Positions 63,901-64,000 of a stretch of 64,000 bases of DNA are shown in pieces (position 1 is the first letter of the stretch; each line of letters begins with the position of its first letter). Under the pieces are notes generated by a model. The model was given only the letters and a program-made list of their open reading frames with translations. It did no database searches and was not told the origin of the DNA. Source of the stretch: Hydrolagus affinis (Eukaryota); the NCBI GenBank assembly GCA_012026655.1, contig JAAILG010001090.1, positions 1-64,000 on the forward strand. The letters run 5' to 3'. Position numbers and translations under genes: made by a program.

Positions 63901-64000
63901 GACTTGCTGTTTACCTGCGAACAGCTGTTATGTAATGTAGGCAGGGGCTTTATTTATTAACTGTGGAATGAACATTCAGTGGTTGAGTTGGGCCAGCACA

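Overview
AT-rich vertebrate genomic DNA. The repeat content points to a cartilaginous fish, probably a chimaera/elephant-shark type (inferred from memory of these families, not from a search). I found no host exon, intact protein gene, functional RNA gene or prokaryotic feature, so the window reads as a large intron or intergenic DNA. Younger layer: about 25 copies or fragments of a tRNA-Ala-headed SINE with an L2-type tail, L2 and CR1 3' fragments, Deu-domain SINEs, a Penelope-like end and one well-preserved but internally deleted mariner. Older layer, seen only by translating through stops and frameshifts: about 12 very decayed DNA-transposase fossils (4 PIF/Harbinger, about 7 hAT of different subgroups, 1 P/THAP9-like) plus RTE-like remnants. 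I see no evidence for a new functional gene system. The best leads are the dense transposase 'palaeo-archive', three L2-type 3' stem-loop classes with a compensatory stem change, and a 118-bp tandem duplication fused to a SINE. Boundaries of decayed elements are approximate, and family assignments come from motif recognition by eye.
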